The translations under genes were made by a program, and so were the position numbers. Shown here one piece after another: positions 9,449-17,626 of a stretch of 64,000 nucleotides of DNA. A model generated the notes under the pieces. The model was not told the DNA's origin. It saw only the letters and a program-made list of their open reading frames with translations, and did no database searches. The stretch lies in assembly GCA_965204375.1 (NCBI GenBank), contig OZ241986.1:4096001-4160000 (forward strand), written 5' to 3'. The stretch is from Candidatus Latescibacterota bacterium (GTDB lineage Bacteria; Latescibacterota; UBA2968). How positions within the stretch are numbered: the first letter of the stretch is position 1; each line of letters starts with the position of its first letter.

Positions 9449-9955
9449 CTACTGAACCCGCATCCATGTATCAACCCATGCCCCCTCATAAGATGCCGTC
9501 ATCGTATTGCCTTCAAAAACCCACTGCTGCTCATCGTGTGCAATCTCAATTTTATCGCCCTCAACCGTAATTTTGCCCTTCACACTTTTGCCTTTGGGAT
9601 AAATCGACATCGGTGCTTCGGCAGAAGAGCGATACCCCTGGCGAACCAGCACATGCCTGGCTCGCGTAATCGCCGATGTAGAAATTTCATACGTACTGGC
9701 AGCGTAATTAAATCGCCTGGGCGTACCGTCTTTTAAGTCTTCGAGAAGATTGAGCGTAATATGTGCTTTGCGAGAACTGATTGGCACCCAAAAAAGTGAT
9801 CCTTTTATATGCGGGGCACGCAACACAGTCCCATCTTGCAACTGGCGAGTTTGCAAGACCCAGGTACCTGATAGTTGTGTTTGCATATCTGACAAACGAT
9901 CACTACAGCCCTGCAGCGCGAACGCGGATAAAAGACATATCATCAGGCGTTTCAT
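9449..9955 (-). CDS. Lipoprotein, lipocalin-like
   Basis: Lipobox LQGC after hydrophobic leader; LSGTWVL lipocalin GxW motif. Confidence 0.6.
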   Translation of the reverse strand: MKRLMICLLSAFALQGCSDRLSDMQTQLSGTWVLQTRQLQDGTVLRAPHIKGSLFWVPISSRKAHITLNLLEDLKDGTPRRFNYAASTYEISTSAITRARHVLVRQGYRSSAEAPMSIYPKGKSVKGKITVEGDKIEIAHDEQQWVFEGNTMTASYEGAWVDTWMRVQ

Positions 9956-9998
9956 TTCGATCTCCCAGCAAGTTATCATCCGAAAAACGAACAACTAC

Positions 9999-10027
9999 AG
10001 TATATTTTTCGATTTGCGCGCTGTCAA
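9999..10027 (-). promoter_or_regulatory. sigma70 promoter of the lipoprotein gene
   Basis: TTGACA-N17-TATACT. Confidence 0.75.
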
Positions 10028-10040
10028 GCCAAAAAAGGGA

Positions 10041-10067
10041 AAAAAAAGAGCACCAAAAGGTGCTCTT
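10041..10067 (-). terminator. Intrinsic terminator after the sigma factor gene
   Basis: AAGAGCACC-TTTT-GGTGCTCTT followed by a T tract on the minus strand. Confidence 0.7.
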
Positions 10068-10073
10068 AAAAAA

Positions 10074-10925
10074 TCAGGTCACTTCCAGCAACGGCTCAAG
10101 CCGTGAGCGACGGCGCGGATGGCGCAACCTGCGAAGTGCTTTCTCCTTAATTTGCCGCACGCGCTCTCGGGTCAAATTGAACCGAACGCCGATCTCTTCG
10201 AGCGTAAGCGGCTCTTCACCGCCCAGACCAAAATACAGGCGCAAAACCTCGGTCTCGCGGTCATCCAGAGACGTGAGCACATCTTTTACCTGTTCGCGCA
10301 CTGAATCCTCTACAACTTCCTCATCCGGTGCCTTTTGCGTCTTATCGGGCAACACATGCAACAAACTGTGGTCATCCTCCTCGCGGAAAGACGCATCCAG
10401 AGACCAGACATCGCGCGCGCGCATCAGCGTATCCTGAACCATCTCCACCGACACGCCGAGTTCTTTGGCCACAGTTTCGGGTTCTGGTTCGGTCTCACTC
10501 GACTGCCTCAACTCGCGCGACACCTTTGAAATATTGTGCAACAAATCAATGCGGTTAATAGGCAACCGCACAACCCGCGAATCCTGTGCCAGACTCTGGT
10601 GAATCGCCTGTCGGATCCACCATACCGCATAAGAAATAAACTTAAAGCCCCGCGTGCCATCAAAGCGCTCGGCAGCTGTCATCAGGCCCATATTGCCCGC
10701 GCTGATCAAATCCGCCAGAGGCACCCCGTGATTTTGATATTCGCGCGCCACACTCACCACAAAACGGAGATTGGCTGCAACCAGTTTATCTCTGGACCTC
10801 TGACAACCTTTGTGGATTTTCTTTGCCAGCTCAATCTCTTCTGCACTCGAAAGGGGTTCAGACGAGGCAATGTCTCGCAGATACAAATCCAGAGACTCAC
10901 TATCTTGTATCATAATTCCAGGCAA
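10074..10925 (-). CDS. RNA polymerase sigma70 factor, RpoD/SigA-like, lacking region 1.1
   Basis: ANLRFVVSVA, DLISAGNMGL, KFISYAVWWIRQAI, TLEEIG..LTRERVRQIKEKAL. Confidence 0.92.
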   Translation of the reverse strand: MPGIMIQDSESLDLYLRDIASSEPLSSAEEIELAKKIHKGCQRSRDKLVAANLRFVVSVAREYQNHGVPLADLISAGNMGLMTAAERFDGTRGFKFISYAVWWIRQAIHQSLAQDSRVVRLPINRIDLLHNISKVSRELRQSSETEPEPETVAKELGVSVEMVQDTLMRARDVWSLDASFREEDDHSLLHVLPDKTQKAPDEEVVEDSVREQVKDVLTSLDDRETEVLRLYFGLGGEEPLTLEEIGVRFNLTRERVRQIKEKALRRLRHPRRRSRLEPLLEVT

Positions 10926-10956
10926 GGGGAACCTCCTGTAAAAAATGGGGGAGCTA

Positions 10957-11523
10957 CTATAAAACAGAATGGGGAGCCGACACCTTGCGAATTTGCGCCA
11001 GGTGTTTCGTCATAAACTGATACATACTCATCGATGTGTCGCAAGCCATCAAACCCGCTCGCACATCTGAATCTTTAAACAACAGAGCCAAATTGCTCAA
11101 CACCGATAGATAAGGCACAGGAGCCGCATCGGGTACTGCAACCATGCATATCACGTGAACGGGTTCTGCATCTGGGGGAAAAGCAATACCCGTCTGAGAA
11201 ATGCCCAACGCCACACCGGGCTGAGCAACGGAGCGGCATCGCGCATGGGGCAGTGCAACACCCCTGCCCAAAACAGTACTCATCTGATCTTCTCGATCCA
11301 AAATAGTTTGCAAAAACTTCAGACTATCGACCACCTTCCTGCGCCCATAGAGCCGATCGACCAATTCTTTGATCGCCCCCAGGCGATCTTGTGATTGCAA
11401 CTCGGGTACAAGAAGCGAAACGTCAAAATGAAAAACATCGTCTTCCGGTAAAATTGTCGTTTGAGTCACCTGGCCCCCACACGCAACAAAATGCAGAATT
11501 TGCACCTTCAAACTATAAAACAT
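10957..11523 (-). CDS. PTS EIIA (fructose/nitrogen-regulatory type) domain protein
   Basis: DRE.QMSTVLGRGVALPHAR phospho-His motif; start uncertain. Confidence 0.8.
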   Translation of the reverse strand: MFYSLKVQILHFVACGGQVTQTTILPEDDVFHFDVSLLVPELQSQDRLGAIKELVDRLYGRRKVVDSLKFLQTILDREDQMSTVLGRGVALPHARCRSVAQPGVALGISQTGIAFPPDAEPVHVICMVAVPDAAPVPYLSVLSNLALLFKDSDVRAGLMACDTSMSMYQFMTKHLAQIRKVSAPHSVL

Positions 11524-11618
11524 TTCCTATAAAGGGAAAACAACGCATTAACATCAATAAAAACAAAATGTTAATCCCAAATATCAAAAATCCGCGATAA
11601 ACGCACTCCAAATATTAT

Positions 11619-11634
11619 AGCAATATCCGTGCCA
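11619..11634 (-). promoter_or_regulatory. sigma54 -24/-12 promoter
   Basis: Minus strand TGGCACGGATATTGCT matches the TGGCAC-N5-TTGC consensus. Confidence 0.85.
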
Positions 11635-11721
11635 AAAAATTGCCTATATACATAACTTATTGTTTATATTGAACAAAAATCAGAAAACCCGATCTCCATA
11701 TTCTTTTTTTTTCATTTAGCC

Positions 11722-11766
11722 TGCAAAAATTGCACCCTATTTTATAACCAAAATGCAAAAATTGCG
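11722..11766. promoter_or_regulatory. Paired enhancer sites for an NtrC/AtoC-type activator
   Basis: TGCAAAAATTGCA (11722-11734) and TGCAAAAATTGCG (11754-11766), 32 bp apart, ~90-130 bp upstream of the sigma54 site. Confidence 0.65.
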
Positions 11767-11776
11767 TTTTTAAAAA

Positions 11777-13135
11777 TTAGCGCAGATTATACGCCTTAAT
11801 TTTGTATTGCAACGCGCGCACACTGATCCCCAACAGAGCCGCGGCCTCTTTGCGATTTGCCGTCACATGTGCAAGTGTTTTTTCGATCAACGCGCGTTCC
11901 ACGTCTGCAAGCGAAGAACCGAGTTCAACCGTTATGGTATCTGTCGCATTCTGGGCATCGCGTATTCGAGAAGGCAAATGATCGACATCCACCTTTTGAT
12001 CTGCGCAGGTTACCACAATGCGCTCAACCGTATTTTTTAACTCGCGCACATTGCCGGGCCAGAAATAAGCCAGAACCCTGTCCATCGCATCCGGAGTCAA
12101 CTCCTTGCGCGCTTTGTGGTGCAACGCACACAGATTGTCAAAAAACACATCGATCAAAAGCGGAATATCTTCGACGCGCTCGCGAAGCGGTGGCAGGCGA
12201 ATGGGCACCACATTGATGCGATAATACAAATCTTCTCTAAACCGTCCTTCTGCCACTTCTCGCTCGAGATCGCGATTCGTGACAAAAATAGTTCGCACAT
12301 CTGCGACCACCGCTTTGGTACTCCCCACCGGGCGATAGGCTTTTTCTTCTAATACGCGGAGCAAATCGACTTGATTGGGCAATGGGATCTCACCCACCTC
12401 ATCAAAAAAAAGCGTCCCGCCTTCAGCCGCGGCAAAAAAACCCGCCTTATCCGCTGTCGCGCCCGTAAACGCGCCTTTGACATAACCGAACAACTCGCTA
12501 CCAAATAACGCCTCGGCAAACGCCCCACAATTCATCGCCACCAGAGGCGCATTCCGCCGCGCACTCGCCTGATGAATTGCACGCGCCACGAGTTCTTTCC
12601 CCGTCCCCGTTTCCCCGGTAATCAAAACCGGCACATCGGTCATTGCCGCCTGCGCTAAGGTATCACAGACCTGTTCCATCGCAGCACTTCGATGCACAAT
12701 CTCTCCATTTTCGCCATTGGAATCCAGCCGCGCCCGCAATACGCGATTCTCCGCGACCAGTGCCTGGTGATCCAGCAAACGCTCCAAAGACAGGCGCAAC
12801 CGCTTCAAATCTACGGGCTTGGTCAAATAATCATAAGCCCCTCGCCGCATGGCTTCAACAGCCGTCTCCACTTCTCCATAAGCCGTAATCACAATAACGC
12901 CAATTTCGCGATTTGCACCGCGCACCCACTTCAAAAGTGATAGACCATCCTGCCCCGGCATCTTGAGATCAAAAATTGCGGCATCGTACTCATGGGCTTC
13001 CATAAGCGCTTTTGCCTGATTCCCATCATAAGCCACATCAACCCGATAACCGTCTTTGGTCATCGCCTCCCGCAGACCCTCGCAGATATAGTACTCATCA
13101 TCTGCAATTAAAATCCGAATCTCACTCGCGTCCAT
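11777..13135 (-). CDS. sigma54-dependent response regulator (NtrC/AtoC family)
   Basis: REC domain, GETGTGKE, GAFTGA, FREDLYYRIN, WPGNVREL, Fis-type HTH. Confidence 0.93.
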   Translation of the reverse strand: MDASEIRILIADDEYYICEGLREAMTKDGYRVDVAYDGNQAKALMEAHEYDAAIFDLKMPGQDGLSLLKWVRGANREIGVIVITAYGEVETAVEAMRRGAYDYLTKPVDLKRLRLSLERLLDHQALVAENRVLRARLDSNGENGEIVHRSAAMEQVCDTLAQAAMTDVPVLITGETGTGKELVARAIHQASARRNAPLVAMNCGAFAEALFGSELFGYVKGAFTGATADKAGFFAAAEGGTLFFDEVGEIPLPNQVDLLRVLEEKAYRPVGSTKAVVADVRTIFVTNRDLEREVAEGRFREDLYYRINVVPIRLPPLRERVEDIPLLIDVFFDNLCALHHKARKELTPDAMDRVLAYFWPGNVRELKNTVERIVVTCADQKVDVDHLPSRIRDAQNATDTITVELGSSLADVERALIEKTLAHVTANRKEAAALLGISVRALQYKIKAYNLR

Positions 13136-13138
13136 AAG

Positions 13139-14191
13139 TTACCTCTCAGGCACGGGCAAATACACCCGGAAAGTCGTTCCCAGTTCGGGGCGGCTCTCGA
13201 CATCGATATGCCCTCCGTGCTGATAAATGATGCGCTGGGCAATAGACAGCCCCAACCCGGTACCCTCATCCTTCGTCGTATAATAAAACTCGAAAATGCG
13301 ATCCACCTCTTCTTCCGGAATCCCGCAACCCGTATCTGTAAGCATCAAACACACCTGCCCCGACTCGGTTTGTGTTTGGGCAACCAAATCCCCACCAGCG
13401 GCCATAGACTGAAAAGCATTCACCACAATATTGAGCACAGCTTGACCGAGTTGGTCTTCATCTCCATTAATCGCGGGCAGACCGTCGGAAAGCTCCAGAC
13501 GCAACACAATGCCGCGCTCGCGTGCTTCGGGCGAAACCAGCTCAAAAACGCGGCGAACCACATCGTTGAGAGACACCTGCCGCAAATGAAGTTTGGGCGT
13601 ACGCGAAAAACGCAAAAAATTATACACGAGGCGGTCGAGACGTTTCATCTCTGTCTGCGCGATATTGAGCCGTCCCACAAGGCGTTCTTTTAACGCACTT
13701 GACAACGCGCTGAGATCCTCCTCCAACAACTGCAACTGAATATCAATCGCCCCCAGAGGATTGCGCACTTCATGGGCAACAGAAGCGGCCAAACGCCCCA
13801 ATGCCGTCATCTTTTCAACCTGAAAGATCTCCCACTCCATCCGCTTTATCTCAGACACATCGCGCACTGCCAGCACCAGACCGCCCTGCGTATTCAAAAA
13901 CGACGTACTCACGCGCAAATGTTGCAATCCACCATCGGCATTGTGGTGTACCAGATCCGTATCTGACACCAGCACCTTGTTTTTCATACCCTCGTTCAAA
14001 ATCCGCAACAACTCAGGGCGTTGGGCAAATAGCACCTCTGGCGAAGCGCCACAAACAGCCTGTTTGTCCCACCCCATCAACGCAATCAGATGTGCATTGG
14101 CCATCACGGCCCGATGTGTTTTGTCAAAAGCCACGATGCCCTCCCCCAGACCCTCCAGAATCGAAGCACTATAATCCGTAGCCATGTCCAT
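13139..14191 (-). CDS. PAS sensor histidine kinase
   Basis: AHEVRNPL H-box; N, G1, F and G2 boxes (GTGLGL). Confidence 0.9.
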   Translation of the reverse strand: MDMATDYSASILEGLGEGIVAFDKTHRAVMANAHLIALMGWDKQAVCGASPEVLFAQRPELLRILNEGMKNKVLVSDTDLVHHNADGGLQHLRVSTSFLNTQGGLVLAVRDVSEIKRMEWEIFQVEKMTALGRLAASVAHEVRNPLGAIDIQLQLLEEDLSALSSALKERLVGRLNIAQTEMKRLDRLVYNFLRFSRTPKLHLRQVSLNDVVRRVFELVSPEARERGIVLRLELSDGLPAINGDEDQLGQAVLNIVVNAFQSMAAGGDLVAQTQTESGQVCLMLTDTGCGIPEEEVDRIFEFYYTTKDEGTGLGLSIAQRIIYQHGGHIDVESRPELGTTFRVYLPVPER

Positions 14192-14234
14192 GTGTGTCCT
14201 CTAAAGACGGAACGGGGTACAACTGCGTCAGCAG

Positions 14235-14275
14235 TTCATCTGCGTTCATCTGCGTTCATCTGCGTTCATCTGTGG
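14235..14275. repeat. Decamer tandem repeat (TTCATCTGCG)n
   Basis: About 4 copies; relatives at 38888-38920 and 61074-61103. Confidence 0.85.
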
Positions 14276-14323
14276 ATTAATCTTAATTTGGGGATTTATA
14301 TCCAAAGCGCAAGCCCAAATATC

Positions 14324-14353
14324 TTGACACTTATACATTTGGCGTGATATTAT
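14324..14353 (+). promoter_or_regulatory. sigma70 promoter of the HK-RR-glgC-glnD operon
   Basis: TTGACA-N18-TATTAT with TG. Confidence 0.55.
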
Positions 14354-14389
14354 TAACGGTTATAGGTTAACAACCCTCCTTTTATCTCA

Positions 14390-16057
14390 ATGAAAAACAC
14401 AAAACAAAACCTGCATCACATACTCACCACCCAGCGCGCAAGCCTGCTATCTGAATGGCAAAAGCGCGTACACCGCACATCTGTCTTGCAACTGCGCGAA
14501 GATTTTGACGGTCACACGCCCGACAATGTGCTCGAAGAGTTCTTTGATCTAATCGTCAAACAGATCACCACCAAACAGGATTATCACGTGCTCCGCCAGC
14601 GCATCTTTTCAGGCGAAATCAACGCTTTTACCCCCGATGCGGCTTGTCGATTGCTCATTGCCTTGAAGAAAACCGTTCTGAGACGCCTGAAAAATTTTAC
14701 GCACAACGCCGAAGCCATATTTGACGAAATCTTGCTGCGCATATCGGCGTACTACCACGAAATGCGTTATCGAAACCTGGCGCAAAGACAATCTCAAAAT
14801 CTGCGCCAGCGCAACATCGAAATCGCCCGCCTCCTCGCAGTGGAAAAACAGCGCGCCGCGCACCTGACCACCAACAATCGCATTGCACAAATGGCCCTAT
14901 CAACCCTCGACCCATCTGAAATTTTCAGACGCATCGTACACGAAGTACAACAGAGTTTCAATTACCAGCACGTCTCACTTTATTTTGTCGAAACGCATTC
15001 CAACCAGATGATCATGAAAGCCAGAGCCGGTGTTTATGAAAAGCACTTCCCCGAGGGATATCGCCAAAATGTGGGCGAAGGCATCGTAGGCCATGTCGTC
15101 GCATCTGGCAATCCCATCATGGCCAATGACGTGGCCAATGATCTCAGGCGTATCATTGCTTTTCCACAAGAAAAAAACACGCGCTCAGAACTCTGTGTGC
15201 CAATCAAAACAGCAGACCGTGTATTGGGCGCACTCGATGTGCTCAGTCGAAAAAAAAATGGCTTTAACTGGACCGATGTACAATCGCTCATGGTCTTGAC
15301 CGATCAACTGGCATGGGTCATCCACAACGCGCATCTCTTTCAGGAAACGCGAGAGCTCCAGGACGAACTCGTACAATCGGAACGCCTCGCTGTAATCGGC
15401 GAAATGTCTGCGCGCATAGCACACGAGATTCGCAATCCACTCGCGACAATTGGCGGCTTTGCGCGCGCGCTTCAGCGCGCCCCAACACCCGACCGCATCG
15501 ACACGGCATCGCGCATCATATCTTGTGAAGTCACGCGCCTGGAAGAACTACTGACCGACATACTCAACTACACGCGACCGCGCAAGCTCGAACTCGAACC
15601 CATCAATCTCCCGGACCTCATCACCGACATTTATCATCAGGTTGGCGAGGGCCTCGAAGGCCGGGGCATCGCCTATCGACAAAACGCACCACCTGACCTG
15701 CCTGAAATACCCTTAGATCCCGCACAATTTAAACAAGTACTCATCAACATCTTCAAAAACGCATTTCAAGCAATGCCCAATGGCGGCAAATTGCACGTCC
15801 ATATTCGAAAAAAAGAGGATCAGCCACATATCGAAATAGAAGTACGAGATACGGGACCGGGGATCCCCGCCGAAATTCAGGACGAAATTTTCAAGCCCTA
15901 TTTCACCACCAAAACCACTGGTACAGGTCTCGGATTGGTCATCAGCAAACAAATCGTCGAACGCCACGGCGGAACCCTCTCATTCACGAGCCACAGCGAC
16001 TCTGGCACCTCCCTTTTCATCCATCTCCCCGATCTCTCCCCAAGGAAATCATTATGA
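14390..16057 (+). CDS. GAF-domain histidine kinase with RsbRD_N-like helical N-terminus
   Basis: GAF (GEGIVGHV, SELCVPI), AHEIRNPL, GTGLGL. Confidence 0.88.
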   Translation: MKNTKQNLHHILTTQRASLLSEWQKRVHRTSVLQLREDFDGHTPDNVLEEFFDLIVKQITTKQDYHVLRQRIFSGEINAFTPDAACRLLIALKKTVLRRLKNFTHNAEAIFDEILLRISAYYHEMRYRNLAQRQSQNLRQRNIEIARLLAVEKQRAAHLTTNNRIAQMALSTLDPSEIFRRIVHEVQQSFNYQHVSLYFVETHSNQMIMKARAGVYEKHFPEGYRQNVGEGIVGHVVASGNPIMANDVANDLRRIIAFPQEKNTRSELCVPIKTADRVLGALDVLSRKKNGFNWTDVQSLMVLTDQLAWVIHNAHLFQETRELQDELVQSERLAVIGEMSARIAHEIRNPLATIGGFARALQRAPTPDRIDTASRIISCEVTRLEELLTDILNYTRPRKLELEPINLPDLITDIYHQVGEGLEGRGIAYRQNAPPDLPEIPLDPAQFKQVLINIFKNAFQAMPNGGKLHVHIRKKEDQPHIEIEVRDTGPGIPAEIQDEIFKPYFTTKTTGTGLGLVISKQIVERHGGTLSFTSHSDSGTSLFIHLPDLSPRKSL

Positions 16058-16416
16058 AAAACATCCTCATTGCCGACGACGACCAAAATCTGGCATTGCT
16101 CTACGAGCAAGAACTCACCGATGAAGGGTATCGCGTCGATGTGGTCCACGACGCGCAAACCGCGATTGAGCGCGTCAAAGAAAATCCGCCAGACCTCTTA
16201 ATACTCGACATTCGAATGCCCGGCATGGACGGCATTGAAGCCCTCAACCACATTCTGGGGATAAACAACCAGTTACCCGTTATTCTCAACACCGCCTATA
16301 GCAATCACAAAGACAACTATCTCACCTGGTCGGCCAATGCGTATGTGGTCAAATCATCGGACCTGTCTAAACTCAAAACCGCCATAAGCAATGTGCTGAC
16401 CGGTGAAAGGTCTTGA
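16054..16416 (+). CDS. Single-domain response regulator
   Basis: ILIADDD, LDIRMPGMDG, TAY; ATGA overlap with the kinase. Confidence 0.9.
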   Translation: MKNILIADDDQNLALLYEQELTDEGYRVDVVHDAQTAIERVKENPPDLLILDIRMPGMDGIEALNHILGINNQLPVILNTAYSNHKDNYLTWSANAYVVKSSDLSKLKTAISNVLTGERS

Positions 16417-16417
16417 C

Positions 16418-17626
16418 ATGCCCGATGAACTGCAAAATACGCTAACCATGATCCTCGCCGGAGGCCAGGGATCGCGGCTTTATCCCCTCACGCGCAATCA
16501 GGCCAAACCCGCCGTGCCCTTCGGCGGCATGTACCGCATCATTGACTTTACCCTTTCCAACTGCCTCAACTCCAACTTGCGCCGGATATATGTTCTCACG
16601 CAATACATGTCAACATCTCTCGACCGGCATTTGCAACGCGGTTGGTCCATTTTTAATCCCGAACTCGACGAATTTATCTTTGAAGTCCCGCCTCAATTCC
16701 GCCTTGCCGGCAACTGGTATCGCGGCACAGCCGATGCCATTTTTCAAAATATCGACATCCTCGAACGCGAGCGTCCCGACCGCGTCCTCATCCTGGGCGG
16801 CGACCACGTGTACAAAATGGATTACAGCAAGATGCTCGCCTTTCACAACAACGCAAATGCCGACCTCACGGTAGCCTGCATTGAAGTACCCATCAAAAAT
16901 GCCACCGAATTGGGCGTCATGGCAATCGACGATGAATCTCGCATTGTCGGCTTTGAGGAAAAACCCGACCACCCCAAACCCACACCACACAATCCCAATC
17001 TCGCCCTGGCCTCAATGGGCATCTACATCTTCAGCACAGAAGTTCTCGTGCGCCAGCTCTCCGAAGATGCCAAACGCGACACAGCCCACGACTTTGGGCA
17101 AAACATCATCCCCTCAATGGTCGATTCGGGGCGCGTCTTTGCCTACAACTTCAAGCACGGCAATCGCAATTCGACCGTGTACTGGCGCGACATCGGCCTC
17201 CTCGACGCGTATTGGGAAGCCAACATGGACCTCGTTTCTGAAACCCCCGAATTTGACCTGCACGACCCGAACTGGCCCATCCGCACACACGCACACCCGT
17301 ATCCGCCTTCGCGCCTGCACATTCGACCGCAAAACAGTTCTCTTCTCGTCGTCGCCCAGGGATGTGTTATTGCCAATGCGCGGGTCGAGCGCTCAGTCAT
17401 CTCTGCAGGGGTTCACATAGACTCCGGCGCACAAATTACCGATTCGGTGCTCATGGAAGGCGTCAAAGTCGGTGCCAATGCCCAACTCCACCGCGTCATA
17501 GCCGACGAAGGCGTCGTCATTCCGTCCGGTACACAAATCGGGATGAACCGCGAAGACGACCGCCGGCGTTTCACTGTAACAGATGGTGGCGTCATAGCCA
17601 TTTCCCAAGGACTGCCCATTGAATAA
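16418..17626 (+). CDS. glgC: Glucose-1-phosphate adenylyltransferase
   Basis: LAGGQGSRLYPLT..AKPAVPFGG, WYRGTADA, ASMGIYIF, HDFG. Confidence 0.95.
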   Translation: MPDELQNTLTMILAGGQGSRLYPLTRNQAKPAVPFGGMYRIIDFTLSNCLNSNLRRIYVLTQYMSTSLDRHLQRGWSIFNPELDEFIFEVPPQFRLAGNWYRGTADAIFQNIDILERERPDRVLILGGDHVYKMDYSKMLAFHNNANADLTVACIEVPIKNATELGVMAIDDESRIVGFEEKPDHPKPTPHNPNLALASMGIYIFSTEVLVRQLSEDAKRDTAHDFGQNIIPSMVDSGRVFAYNFKHGNRNSTVYWRDIGLLDAYWEANMDLVSETPEFDLHDPNWPIRTHAHPYPPSRLHIRPQNSSLLVVAQGCVIANARVERSVISAGVHIDSGAQITDSVLMEGVKVGANAQLHRVIADEGVVIPSGTQIGMNREDDRRRFTVTDGGVIAISQGLPIE

